DNA from: a bacterium
GTDB lineage: Bacteria; Cyanobacteriota; Sericytochromatia; S15B-MN24; UBA4093
Direction of reading: 5' to 3'
NCBI GenBank assembly: GCA_035285805.1
Contig: JAYKJE010000010.1
Location: 103,863 to 167,862, forward strand
Length of the DNA: 64,000 nt
Shown in pieces: positions 19,405 to 28,831 of the stretch (the first letter of the stretch is position 1; every line of letters begins with the position of its first letter). The notes beneath the pieces were generated by a model. That model made no database searches and was not told where the DNA came from. It worked only from the letters and a program-made list of their open reading frames with translations. The position numbers and the translations under genes were made by a program.

Positions 19405-21407
19405 GGCTGCAGGGCTCGCGGGCGCACGACCCGCTCGTACACGCGGCCCTCGATGAACAGGTCGAGTAGCCGTCGATCGACGTGACCGTCGCGGGCCTCG
19501 TGACCGAGGATGTCGAGGGCGCGTTCCAGGGGGACGGCCTTCTTGTAGGGACGATCGCTCGCCGTGAGCGCATCGAAGATGTCGGCGATCGTCATCATCC
19601 TGCTCTGGACGGGAATGGCGTCGCCCATCAGCCCGTGGGGATAGCCCTTGCCATTGAGTTTCTCGTGGTGCGACTCCGCGATCTGCGGGACTCCCGACAG
19701 GTCACGGGTCCACGGGATCTGTCGCAGGAAGCGGAAGGTATGGACCACGTGGCTCTCGATCTCCCGCCGTTCGTCCCCGTCGAGCGTGCCTCGCCGGATC
19801 GAAAGCTGGTTGACCTCCCGGGGTGTCAACCAGGGTTGTTCGAGTCCGTCCTCGTCGAGGTAGGTCCGCGTCGCGATTTCCAGCAGGTGGTGGAAGCGGC
19901 CTTCCTCGAGGACCGTCGGTTCGTTGGCCTGCAGGATGGTCGCCAGGGCCAGGGCCAGTTCGTCCTTTTCACGCGTGCAGGCGGCCTCGAGGTCGTGGCG
20001 GCACCCGTGGAAGTGCTCCACGCCGTGCGTGAGGCAGTGCTCGAGCTGCAGGCGCAGGTGGCGATTTTCGATGCCGAGCCGGATGATCGAGAAACGGGAC
20101 CGGAGCAGGTCGAGCGCCTGCGGGTAGAGTTTCTTCGCCTTGACGAGGACCTCTTCCCGTACGCCCACCTTCCCGAAGTCATGAAGCAGGGACGCATAGC
20201 GGATCTCGCGCAGCTGTTCCGTCGTGAAACGGACATCCGCGAATGGACCCGTGTCGAGGCCGTCGACCAGCGTCGCGAGGCCCACGGTCAGCTCGGCCAC
20301 CCGGACCGAGTGCCCGGAAGTCGTGGGGTCACGGCTTTCGATCGCCTGGACCGAGGCATTCACGAAACCTTCGAACAGCCCCTCGATGCTCTTGTACAGC
20401 AAGTTGTTCTCGACGGCCACGGCCGCCTGGCTGGCCAGGCTGAGCAAGAGCTCCTCGCAGGCCTCGTCGAACGGGATCACGGATGAGGCCACCGCCTCGT
20501 GGCCGACCAGTTTGAGATGAGCCGATCGTTTCCGGTTGATGAACTGGAGGATCCCCAGGAGTTCCCCGTCCCGGTTTCGCATCGGGACCACCAGCATCGA
20601 GCGGGTCCGGTACCCCGTCATCTGGTCGAAGGTGGGATCGAAGGCATACTCTACCCCTTCCGGAAGGTCATAGACATCCGGAAGGTTGACGCAGCGTCCG
20701 GTCAGGGCCACGTGGCCCGCGATGCTGGCGTGGCTGACCGGGACCGTGAATTCCCGGGACAGGAAGCTCACCGAATCGTTCTGGGAGAGCTTGAAGCGCA
20801 GCCGGACGCCGCCAACCTCATCCTTCTCGACCAGGTACAGGCTCCCGGCGTCGGCCTGGACGAGTTCACGTCCCTTTTCGAGGATCATGGCCAGGAGGTT
20901 ATCCGGATCACGCTCGGAGCTGAGCGCCATGCCGATGGAGTTGAGCTGTTTCAGCTGCCGGGCCTGCATCTGGAGGCTCTGACGCGAGGTCTCCGTTTCC
21001 ATGCTGCCGCGCACGAACTGGAAGGCATTTCCGAGCAGTTTCTGGACTCCCGCCAGAGCAGGAGGCGTGCGCAGGTAAGCCCAGAAGCATTCCGAGGGCA
21101 ACCAGTCGGGGGGAGACTTCCCTTCCGGATAGGACCAGATGATCAGGCCCTCGCTCGCCCACCACTCGATCACGGCGCGGAGACGGGCCTGGTCGTCGAT
21201 CGTGAAAACGGTCTCGTCGAGGATGGCAACCTTGGCGCAGCCGGACGGAGCGGCCATGAGGTCTTCAAGCGAGCGGATGATGGCCCATTCGACGCCAGGC
21301 AAGGGGAACCGCGTCGCATCGAGGTGCTCCGTGAGGGAGCTCGGGAAATACAGATGGGACGCGTGCTGCTGCTCGTTCAAGTCATCCCCCGCTCGACGTT
21401 CGCACAC
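19401..21407 (-). CDS. GAF + HD-GYP cyclic-dinucleotide phosphodiesterase
   Basis: GAF (GYRTRSMLVVPM), DPTTSGHS, LLHDFGK, HHEKLNGKGYP, ADIFDALTASDRPYK. Confidence 0.92.
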   Translation of the reverse strand: MCERRAGDDLNEQQHASHLYFPSSLTEHLDATRFPLPGVEWAIIRSLEDLMAAPSGCAKVAILDETVFTIDDQARLRAVIEWWASEGLIIWSYPEGKSPPDWLPSECFWAYLRTPPALAGVQKLLGNAFQFVRGSMETETSRQSLQMQARQLKQLNSIGMALSSERDPDNLLAMILEKGRELVQADAGSLYLVEKDEVGGVRLRFKLSQNDSVSFLSREFTVPVSHASIAGHVALTGRCVNLPDVYDLPEGVEYAFDPTFDQMTGYRTRSMLVVPMRNRDGELLGILQFINRKRSAHLKLVGHEAVASSVIPFDEACEELLLSLASQAAVAVENNLLYKSIEGLFEGFVNASVQAIESRDPTTSGHSVRVAELTVGLATLVDGLDTGPFADVRFTTEQLREIRYASLLHDFGKVGVREEVLVKAKKLYPQALDLLRSRFSIIRLGIENRHLRLQLEHCLTHGVEHFHGCRHDLEAACTREKDELALALATILQANEPTVLEEGRFHHLLEIATRTYLDEDGLEQPWLTPREVNQLSIRRGTLDGDERREIESHVVHTFRFLRQIPWTRDLSGVPQIAESHHEKLNGKGYPHGLMGDAIPVQSRMMTIADIFDALTASDRPYKKAVPLERALDILGHEARDGHVDRRLLDLFIEGRVYERVVRPRALQP

Positions 21408-21449
21408 CTATCCTACCCGCACGGGGAGCATTCAGCAGTCGGATGAACG

Positions 21450-22376
21450 CTACGGTATTTTAAATGTGACCGTGAGTTCCCCAGTCTGCGTCACCTGGAC
21501 GACGTGAAGCGGCAGGGGGGCGAAGCGATAGTTCAATGCCGCATTCCGGGCACTCTGGTCGAACTGCCGGCGCGTGGACGAGCGCACGACGTCGGCGCTC
21601 TCGACGTGTCCATCCGGAGCTACCCGTATACGGAGCACGACGGTGCCTTCGAGCCCCTCTGCGCCGTAGCTGGGGGGATAGACAGGCTCGGGCTGGGCGA
21701 GGAGGGCGCGACCGGAGAGTTCTCCCGTCATCCCGGCGCCGTTTCCGCCCAGGCCGCCTACCTCTCGACCACTCGAATCCGGGGAGTCTCCGGACGGTCC
21801 CTCGGGCAGCATGTCGCCTGGCAAGCGGTCGAGTTCGCGATCGGTCCGTCGCTCGAGGCTTTGCCGTTCCCGCAAGGCGCGAGCCAGATCGGTCTGGCGA
21901 TCGCCCTCTGCCTCCCGGCCTTCCTGACGTTCCCGATTCCGGGGAGCCGTCGGGAGCGTCCCGGTATCGGGACGTATCTCGGAACGGGCTTCTCCCGGTT
22001 CGGTCAAGGCCTCGGTCCTCGTGTCGACCGGCTCGACCGGTCGGATCTGCGGGGCGCGCTGGGGGGCCGTGTCCCGGGCCACGTCCGGTCGAGGCGCATC
22101 GCTCCGCATGGCCCGGGTATCCCCGGGAAGGCCCGACATCGCCAGGTCGATGAGGAGCGTGTCCGGGGTCGGTGCCACGGTGCGGTCGGAACGCGAGGTC
22201 CATCCGAGCAGCAACAGCAGCAAACCAACATGGATGGCCAGGGAGGTCATCCACGGTTGCCAGGACGGTCGCGGGGACGTGGGAACCATGCGTCTCCTCC
22301 CGACGGCTGGAGCGGCCTTTCGCGCCCGGGGGGGACGCTGGCTGGAGGGGATCGGCCGAGCTCGGACTGCTGGCAT
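21450..22376 (-). CDS. TonB-family energy transducer
   Basis: TM helix with SxxxH (SLAIHVGLL), Pro-rich linker, TonB_C domain (PVYP..EGTVVLRIRVAPDG..VVRSS..FDQSA); start uncertain. Confidence 0.85.
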   Translation of the reverse strand: MPAVRARPIPSSQRPPRARKAAPAVGRRRMVPTSPRPSWQPWMTSLAIHVGLLLLLLGWTSRSDRTVAPTPDTLLIDLAMSGLPGDTRAMRSDAPRPDVARDTAPQRAPQIRPVEPVDTRTEALTEPGEARSEIRPDTGTLPTAPRNRERQEGREAEGDRQTDLARALRERQSLERRTDRELDRLPGDMLPEGPSGDSPDSSGREVGGLGGNGAGMTGELSGRALLAQPEPVYPPSYGAEGLEGTVVLRIRVAPDGHVESADVVRSSTRRQFDQSARNAALNYRFAPLPLHVVQVTQTGELTVTFKIP

Positions 22377-22384
22377 CACGCCGC

Positions 22385-24037
22385 TCAGAACGCCAGCCCG
22401 AGGCCGAGGGTGGTCAGGGTGTCGGGCGCGAAGTAGGAGCTCGCGAGCTGTCGCTGCTGCACGGGCCACGCCGCGAGATCGAACCACGCCGTCCAGCCCG
22501 GCCTGAGATGCCAGGACAGCCTCGCGTCCAGACTGACCTGTGAGCCCGCCTGGGGGGCACCGATCTGGAGGGCGCCCAGTTCCACCAGCTCCGCCCGACC
22601 GGCAAGAGTCAGATCCAATCTATCATCCCACCAGTGACTTTCGTGTCCGAGCGACAGTTCTTGCCACAGTTCTCCGAGCGGCTGGACCGAGCGGAAACGA
22701 TAGCTGAAGACGTGAGGGGCCCCTTCCCATGCGAGGTAGGTGGCACGCGCCTCTCCCCGCAGGATGCCCTGGCCGGCTCCGGCCGTTCCGACCTGGAACG
22801 GGCTCCAGAGCCCCGTGCCCGCGTCGCGTCGCCAGGCCATCCAGCCGTCCGCCCAGGCGTACGAGAGCTTCCCGTCGAGGCTCCACCGCTCGTCCAGGCG
22901 CTGGCGGCCCTCCACCTCGCTACCTGCCCGGATCCGCACGTCGCGCAGCGAGGTTTCGAGTCCAGACCACCGGCGGGAGGCCACCAGGTCCCCCCACCAG
23001 GGGAACTCGCGCCAGGCCCCCGCCCGGATGGCGAGTTGCGTGTCGGGGCGCGGTTCGTACTCGAGGGTCAGGCGCGGATCGGCGATCCATTCATCCGTCA
23101 CCCGGCCGAGGGCGAGCCCCCCGATCACGGTCCAGCCAGGGGCTGCGGGCCAGCGATCCTCTGCCTGGGCGCGCACGAATCCCCACCCCTGTCCGGTGCT
23201 GCCGCGGCCTCCGGTCTCGCCCTGGAGGGTGAACGTATGGTCTCCTACCTGCCAGACGTCCTCGGGGTTCCAGCTCACTCGGCCTTCCCACCATCTGGCG
23301 AACCCGTCGCTCGTGAGCACGTCCCGGGCTTGACCCGTTTCCAGATCGAGGCGGGCCAGGCCTGCCAGGGCCTCGTCCTGGAGACCGAGCCGGGTCGAGA
23401 AGGCCGGTGACGAGGCCCCGTCCTCCCGGATGATCGTGTCCTGCGCGCGCGCCAGCAGCCCCAGGCGGTAGGGGGTCAGGGAGCCACTGCTGCCCGGCAC
23501 GGCTCCCGCCCGGACGTCGAGATTCCAGCGAGACCAGTCGCCGGCACCCTGGATGTAGCTACCGCCGATCCTCCCCCGGAGCGTCCCGAGGACCAGACCG
23601 TCCTGCTTCAGGCCCGACTGCTCACCGGACACGGTCCTGCCAACCAGGAGATCGAGGGCGTACCGGTGGGGGCCGCTGGTACCGGCCGAGAGTTCCCCGA
23701 TATCCTGTCGGGGCATCGCGGGCCGTTCGATCGCCAGGTCGAGGGACGGGGAGGCCGTTTCCGGTGCCGGCGCCAGGTAGGCGTCGAGCACGAGACCCGG
23801 TCTGGGCGGGCGGGGAAAGGGCAGGTTGCCGGCGCCGTCCTCGGGTGAGAGCTTGGTTCCGGGAAGCAGGGGCCCCGCGTAGGACTCTTCACCCTTCACG
23901 ATCACGGGCGGCAGGTTGACGGGCAACTTGTCGGGAGAGGGCGCCTCGTTGCGGTCAGAGGCCGGGCTCGCTTCGACAGGCCGTCCGAGCAGCACGAGGA
24001 GAGCGATCAGGCTCCAGCGGAACCGGTTTCGCATCAT
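22385..24037 (-). CDS. Putative outer-membrane beta-barrel (TonB-dependent receptor-like)
   Basis: Signal peptide, LPPVIVKGE (TonB-box-like), alternating Trp/Gly-rich strands, terminal Phe (LGLGLAF). Confidence 0.6.
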   Translation of the reverse strand: MMRNRFRWSLIALLVLLGRPVEASPASDRNEAPSPDKLPVNLPPVIVKGEESYAGPLLPGTKLSPEDGAGNLPFPRPPRPGLVLDAYLAPAPETASPSLDLAIERPAMPRQDIGELSAGTSGPHRYALDLLVGRTVSGEQSGLKQDGLVLGTLRGRIGGSYIQGAGDWSRWNLDVRAGAVPGSSGSLTPYRLGLLARAQDTIIREDGASSPAFSTRLGLQDEALAGLARLDLETGQARDVLTSDGFARWWEGRVSWNPEDVWQVGDHTFTLQGETGGRGSTGQGWGFVRAQAEDRWPAAPGWTVIGGLALGRVTDEWIADPRLTLEYEPRPDTQLAIRAGAWREFPWWGDLVASRRWSGLETSLRDVRIRAGSEVEGRQRLDERWSLDGKLSYAWADGWMAWRRDAGTGLWSPFQVGTAGAGQGILRGEARATYLAWEGAPHVFSYRFRSVQPLGELWQELSLGHESHWWDDRLDLTLAGRAELVELGALQIGAPQAGSQVSLDARLSWHLRPGWTAWFDLAAWPVQQRQLASSYFAPDTLTTLGLGLAF

Positions 24038-27006
24038 CGGGGCATCCTCCGCGTCACGTGGTCGTCGATCCATTTCAGGCGGCTGTTCGCCGTCTCGCGA
24101 TCCTCTTTCCCGAGGTCGGGCCTGGCTGCCATGGTCCGGTACAGTTTGCTCGCCTCGTCCCACCGACGCTCGAGTTCGTAGGCCTCTCCGAGCTTCAACC
24201 ACGTCAGACCGAGCAACTCCACGGCCACTCGGGGTGTCCTCGCGACCTTCTCGAGTTCCGGAATCGCCTCTTTCTGTCGTTGCGCGGCGACCAGGGCGGC
24301 CCCGAGCCAGTACCGGGCCTCCACGGTCTTCGGATCGGTGGGCTTTCCGAGCTTGAGGCAGACTCGATGGGCGGCGATCGCCTCGTTCCAGTCCCCGCGG
24401 CGCATGGCCAGCTTTCCGATGGCCGACTGGCAGGCGATGACGGTGGCCGGGGACGCGCCCGGCCTGGCTGCCAGGGTCCGGAACGTGCGCAGGGCAAGCT
24501 CCTCCTGCCCGCCCTGCATCGCGGCACGGCCGGCCGCGAAGGCCAGGCGCGAGAGTTCCGTTTCGGACACGTTCAACCGCGTCAGGCGCCACCAGGCTTC
24601 CATCGCGGCGCCCGGCAGGTTACGGGCGATCGCCCGCTCCGCATAGAGCCTGGTCCAGGCTGCCTGGTCCGGGGAAGGCTCACGCGAGAGGGCGTCGAGC
24701 TGACTGAGCGCCGCCTCGGGTTCCCCGCCCTTCCACTCGGCCTCTGCCAGAAGAAATCGCTGGGCCAGGCCGGGACTCGCGATCAGCATCAGCGTCTTGC
24801 GGGCCTCGGATCCCTGTCCCCGGCTGAGCTGGGTCCGACCGATCCGCTCGAGCACCGCCGTGCTCCAGCTGGCCTCTCCATGGCGCGTTGCCAGGGCCCT
24901 CGCCTCGTCCAGACGGTCCTGACCGATCAGGGCCTGGGTCAGCCACTGCGCGTATTCCTGCTGTTCGACCGAGCCGCTCGCCGCTTCGTCATGCAAAGCC
25001 TGGTAACCTGTCCTGGCTTCATCGAGATGACCCGCGTTGAAATGGGCAGCCGCGATGCGGTATCGCGCCTCACGCCGCTCGTCGGGGGTGGCTCCGTCAT
25101 CCGCGATGATCTGCCGGAGCGAGTCGATCGCGTCCTCGTAGCGCCCTGCCCGGAAGGCCAGCTGGGCGGCCACGTCCCGGATCCGGTTGCGTCTTGCATC
25201 CCCCGGAAAGCGCCGGAGGAAATCCCGGGCGTGGGATTCGGTCTCTGCGGATCCGCCCGCCCGGAAACCCGCATAGGCGAGTCCGTACAGGACGTCCGCG
25301 AGCATGGAGGCTTCCAGCTGGCTCGTGAACAGGTTCCCGAACGTGGCCGATGCACCCGACCAGTCCCGGGTGAAGAGCTGGATCCGCGCCAGCTGGACCT
25401 GGGCATCCTGCCGGAACGACGCGTTCCTGAGCAGGGGGATGGCGCGCTTGAAGGAACGCGCTGCCAGATCCGGCTGCTTGAGGCCGAGGTGGGCGTAGCC
25501 CGCCCCGTAGGCGGCCTCCCCGGCCTTGTCACCGCTCGGGAACCGGTTCAGGTGGCTCTCGTAGGCGTTCGCGGCGCCCAGCAGATCCCCGGAACGGTAA
25601 CAGGCCTCTGCCAGCCAGTAGCTCGCCTCGGCCTCGTACGCACTGCGGCGCGCGATATCCCGGAGCGTGAGGGCAGCCGCGGCGTGATCGCCGTTGCGGA
25701 ACTGGGCGAGCCCGATGCGAAAGGCGACGGCATCGCCTTTCCCGTCCAGGAAGCTCAGGTCGTCGTTCTCGCGCTCCAGCGCCTGGTACTCCCGGACGGC
25801 CTCGTCGGGACGGTGCAGAGCGAGCAGAGATTCCGCGAGCAGCCACCTGTAACGTCCGCGCTGCTTGCTCTTCGGGTAGGTCGAAAGCAACTCGCGTGCC
25901 CGTTCGAGGCAACGGTCGGCCTTGCCGTCCTGATAATCGAGCTGGGCCAGCAAGAACAGGGCCTGTTCCCGGATGCCGGTCGACCCGTAGGCACGGGCTT
26001 CCTCGATCCGGGCGCGCGCCGGACCCGGCAGGTCGAGGTCCAGCAAGATCCTTCCGAGTGCCAGACTGGCCGCCGGACGGGCCCGGCTCCGGGGATACTC
26101 GTCCAGCCAGTGCTCGAGGCCCGTCCGGGCTTCCCGGACCTGACCGAGTTGCCACTGGGCATAGGCCAGACCGTACCGGGCCGGTTCCGTCCAGGATGGG
26201 TGGGTGATCCCGCGGTACAGGGTGGCTGCCTGATCCCAGTTTCCCTTGCTCGCATAGCCTTCGGCGGCCAGGAAGCTCGCCCGGGCCTCGAGTTCCGGAT
26301 CTCCCCCCCGGAGGCGAGCCGCACGGCTCAGGGCATCGCTCGCCAGCAGGGGACGGTCGATCCGCAACTGGCGGTTCGCCACCGTGACCCACGTCGCCCC
26401 GGCCTGCTTGCTCTGCGGATGGCGTTCGATCGCCGCCTTCCACGAGAAGACCGCCCGGGCCGGCAAGCCGAGGCGCTCGTAGCACCAGCCCACGTTGAAG
26501 GCTGCGCGTTCGCCCAGCACGCGGTCGATACCCCGGTCTACCTGTTCCTGGTAGAGCTTGCGCGCCTGTTCAAATTCCCCGCGGGAGTAAAGCTGGTCGG
26601 CCAGTTCCATCCGCACGTGATCGCGCTCGGGAGGCTCGGTCTGCGCGATCCATTCCCGCATGCAGGCATCGGCTTCCAGATGCTGACCCTGGGCACGGTA
26701 CAACCCGGCCAGGATGCGCCGCCCGCGCGGATACCACAGGCTGGAAGGCGGGATGGCCCGGAGTTCGAGACTGGCCGAGCCGATCTCCCCCAGCCGGCGA
26801 AGCACGAGTCCCGTGAGGTAATGGTGCCGGTGCGCCTCTTCCCCGCGCCGGGGCAGTTCGTGATCCAGCAGGGCGAACCGGGCCAGGGAATAAGCTTCCC
26901 GTGCCACCAGCTCATCGATCGGGGCATAGGGGTCCCCGGAAGCCAGTGCCGGTGCCGTGGACGCCACGAGCATCGCCCACAAACCGGTCCAGATTGCCCG
27001 TTTCAC
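24034..27006 (-). CDS. Large periplasmic TPR-repeat protein
   Basis: Signal peptide, then many TPR units (ASYWLAEACYRSG, ARYGLAYAQWQLG, ..YP.S.. turns). Confidence 0.88.
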   Translation of the reverse strand: MKRAIWTGLWAMLVASTAPALASGDPYAPIDELVAREAYSLARFALLDHELPRRGEEAHRHHYLTGLVLRRLGEIGSASLELRAIPPSSLWYPRGRRILAGLYRAQGQHLEADACMREWIAQTEPPERDHVRMELADQLYSRGEFEQARKLYQEQVDRGIDRVLGERAAFNVGWCYERLGLPARAVFSWKAAIERHPQSKQAGATWVTVANRQLRIDRPLLASDALSRAARLRGGDPELEARASFLAAEGYASKGNWDQAATLYRGITHPSWTEPARYGLAYAQWQLGQVREARTGLEHWLDEYPRSRARPAASLALGRILLDLDLPGPARARIEEARAYGSTGIREQALFLLAQLDYQDGKADRCLERARELLSTYPKSKQRGRYRWLLAESLLALHRPDEAVREYQALERENDDLSFLDGKGDAVAFRIGLAQFRNGDHAAAALTLRDIARRSAYEAEASYWLAEACYRSGDLLGAANAYESHLNRFPSGDKAGEAAYGAGYAHLGLKQPDLAARSFKRAIPLLRNASFRQDAQVQLARIQLFTRDWSGASATFGNLFTSQLEASMLADVLYGLAYAGFRAGGSAETESHARDFLRRFPGDARRNRIRDVAAQLAFRAGRYEDAIDSLRQIIADDGATPDERREARYRIAAAHFNAGHLDEARTGYQALHDEAASGSVEQQEYAQWLTQALIGQDRLDEARALATRHGEASWSTAVLERIGRTQLSRGQGSEARKTLMLIASPGLAQRFLLAEAEWKGGEPEAALSQLDALSREPSPDQAAWTRLYAERAIARNLPGAAMEAWWRLTRLNVSETELSRLAFAAGRAAMQGGQEELALRTFRTLAARPGASPATVIACQSAIGKLAMRRGDWNEAIAAHRVCLKLGKPTDPKTVEARYWLGAALVAAQRQKEAIPELEKVARTPRVAVELLGLTWLKLGEAYELERRWDEASKLYRTMAARPDLGKEDRETANSRLKWIDDHVTRRMPR

Positions 27007-27078
27007 GGCATCACCTCGCGAAGCTGAAGACTCTTGAAGAGTATGTCGTGCCGTCAGCGGGTTGCGCTAGGACGTGGA

Positions 27079-28422
27079 TCACCGCCCCCGCCCGGGAACC
27101 TCACCGCTCGTGCAAGCGAGGGACCGGACGGCATCCAGGATCCCGTTCCCGTAACGATCTCGTGGTCCTCGAGGACGGGCGCCCGCCATGATGGCGCGTT
27201 CCAGCCATCGCGCCTCCAGGTCGGGACGGGCGGCGCGCAGGAGGGCCGCTACCCCCGACACGTGGGCGCATGCCATGCTCGTTCCTGCCAGGTAGCGGTG
27301 TTCTGCCGGCTCGAAGGCCACACCCCGTTCCGTGCGGGACAGGGCGTGGGTGCTCCAGGTGCTCAGGACCAGATCGGCCGGTCTCACCTGCCAGGTCCCG
27401 TCGGCCGCGATACGGATTCCCCCGCCGGGGGCCGCGAGGTCCAGCAGATCCCTCCCGTGGTTCGTGTAGGGCGCGAATCGTTCCGGATGGTGACCCTCGA
27501 CCGGACCGGTCGCCCCGACGACCAGACCCTCGCCCGCCCGGGCCGGCAAGACCATCGGCCCGTCGGAGGTCATGGTCATGCCCTCGTTTCCGGAGGCCAT
27601 GACCACGACGATCCCCCGGTCGTGCAGGCGGGCGATAGCCCGGGCATAGGCGGCCCGGAGCGTGAACGCCTGCCCATCCTGGTCGTGCAGCCCCGAGAGG
27701 CTGAGGTTGACGATCGTTGCACCGGATCGGGCCGCCCATTCGAGCCCTTCGAGCACGGCCGCATCCGTTCCCCATCCATCGTCGCCGAGGACTTTCACGG
27801 GCATGATCTTGCATCCCGGGGCCACTCCGGCCACGCCCCGGCCATCGAGTCGGGCCCCCACGATCCCGCTGACGTGCGTGCCGTGACCGTTCCGGTCGAG
27901 CCAGTCTCCCGGGTCCCCCGCGAACGATCGGGCCCCGGCGAGATCGATTTGCCCGACGAGGTCGGGGTTGTCCGGGTCGATCCCCGTATCGAGGACGGCC
28001 ACCGTGACTCCTGCGCCCCGGCCGGGCACCCGCGTCCACGCCTCGCGGATCCTCCCGGTGGTGAGGTTCCACTGATACCCGCCGAGGGACTCCCCCTCCG
28101 GTCCGGGCAAGGGGGACCGGGGTGCCGAGAGGTCCAGGGGGCCGGCTGCTCGCATGCGCGGCAACATCGGCCGGCGGCGGTCGACCCAGGTCAGCGTCCC
28201 CTCGGGCAGATCGTCGGTGGCCACCGGCGTCCCCGTGTAGGTCACGGCGCCGATCTCGGGAAGGACCTGGACGTGACGCCCCCCCCGGGCCCGGATGGAG
28301 CCGACGAGTGAACGGAGGTCGCCGGGCGGAGCCACCACGACCTGATGCCCGGGAGATGGAGCCATCGTGTTTCCCGGGACGCATCCCGCGAGGACGAGGA
28401 TTCCTGGCCAGAGTCTGCGCAT
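27079..28422 (-). CDS. Subtilisin-family (S8) serine peptidase, lipoprotein
   Basis: Lipobox LAGC; catalytic DTG, HGTHVSG, GTSMA; oxyanion ASGN; GGAGG upstream. Confidence 0.92.
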   Translation of the reverse strand: MRRLWPGILVLAGCVPGNTMAPSPGHQVVVAPPGDLRSLVGSIRARGGRHVQVLPEIGAVTYTGTPVATDDLPEGTLTWVDRRRPMLPRMRAAGPLDLSAPRSPLPGPEGESLGGYQWNLTTGRIREAWTRVPGRGAGVTVAVLDTGIDPDNPDLVGQIDLAGARSFAGDPGDWLDRNGHGTHVSGIVGARLDGRGVAGVAPGCKIMPVKVLGDDGWGTDAAVLEGLEWAARSGATIVNLSLSGLHDQDGQAFTLRAAYARAIARLHDRGIVVVMASGNEGMTMTSDGPMVLPARAGEGLVVGATGPVEGHHPERFAPYTNHGRDLLDLAAPGGGIRIAADGTWQVRPADLVLSTWSTHALSRTERGVAFEPAEHRYLAGTSMACAHVSGVAALLRAARPDLEARWLERAIMAGARPRGPRDRYGNGILDAVRSLACTSGEVPGRGR

Positions 28423-28612
28423 GTCCACCACCTCCCGAGGCACCTTTCGAGCGTCTTCCAGAAGGTTTGCGGGCAGGTGCCGGACCTGTTTCGGTGCCGT
28501 GAAGCTTCGACCTCGCGGGTGGTCATCGCCCGGGAAATCTGCGCAGGATGCTGCTGGGCGTGATCGGTTCCGGTGGGCGGAGCGAGGCGCGGCCCGATGC
28601 AGGAGGTGAACC

Positions 28613-28831
28613 ATGTCCGAGCCATCCGTCCTGGTGGCGATTGCCCGGGAACTCGTGCGAGACCCTGGTCTGCAGGCTGAACTCGAAGCCACCCTGCTGC
28701 AGCGCGGGATCCAGCTCGATCCGGCCGAGATCCTGGCCCTCCGGCAACTGGTCGCCCTGCCTGCCAGCGACGACGACGTGGAACGGCAAGCCTGGACCTC
28801 GGCTTCGCGGGGCCCCCGCGAGGGATGCTGA
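28613..28831 (+). CDS. Small 72-aa protein resembling an NHLP/Nif11-clan leader peptide (possible RiPP precursor)
   Basis: AGGAGG RBS; helical IARELVRDPGL...GIQLDPAEILAL segment followed by a polar tail; overlaps the next gene's start. Confidence 0.6.
   Translation: MSEPSVLVAIARELVRDPGLQAELEATLLQRGIQLDPAEILALRQLVALPASDDDVERQAWTSASRGPREGC

Noticed and set aside
24058-27027. 989-aa plus-strand ORF
   Set aside because: Antisense shadow of the TPR gene; no motifs; long open antisense frames are expected at high GC
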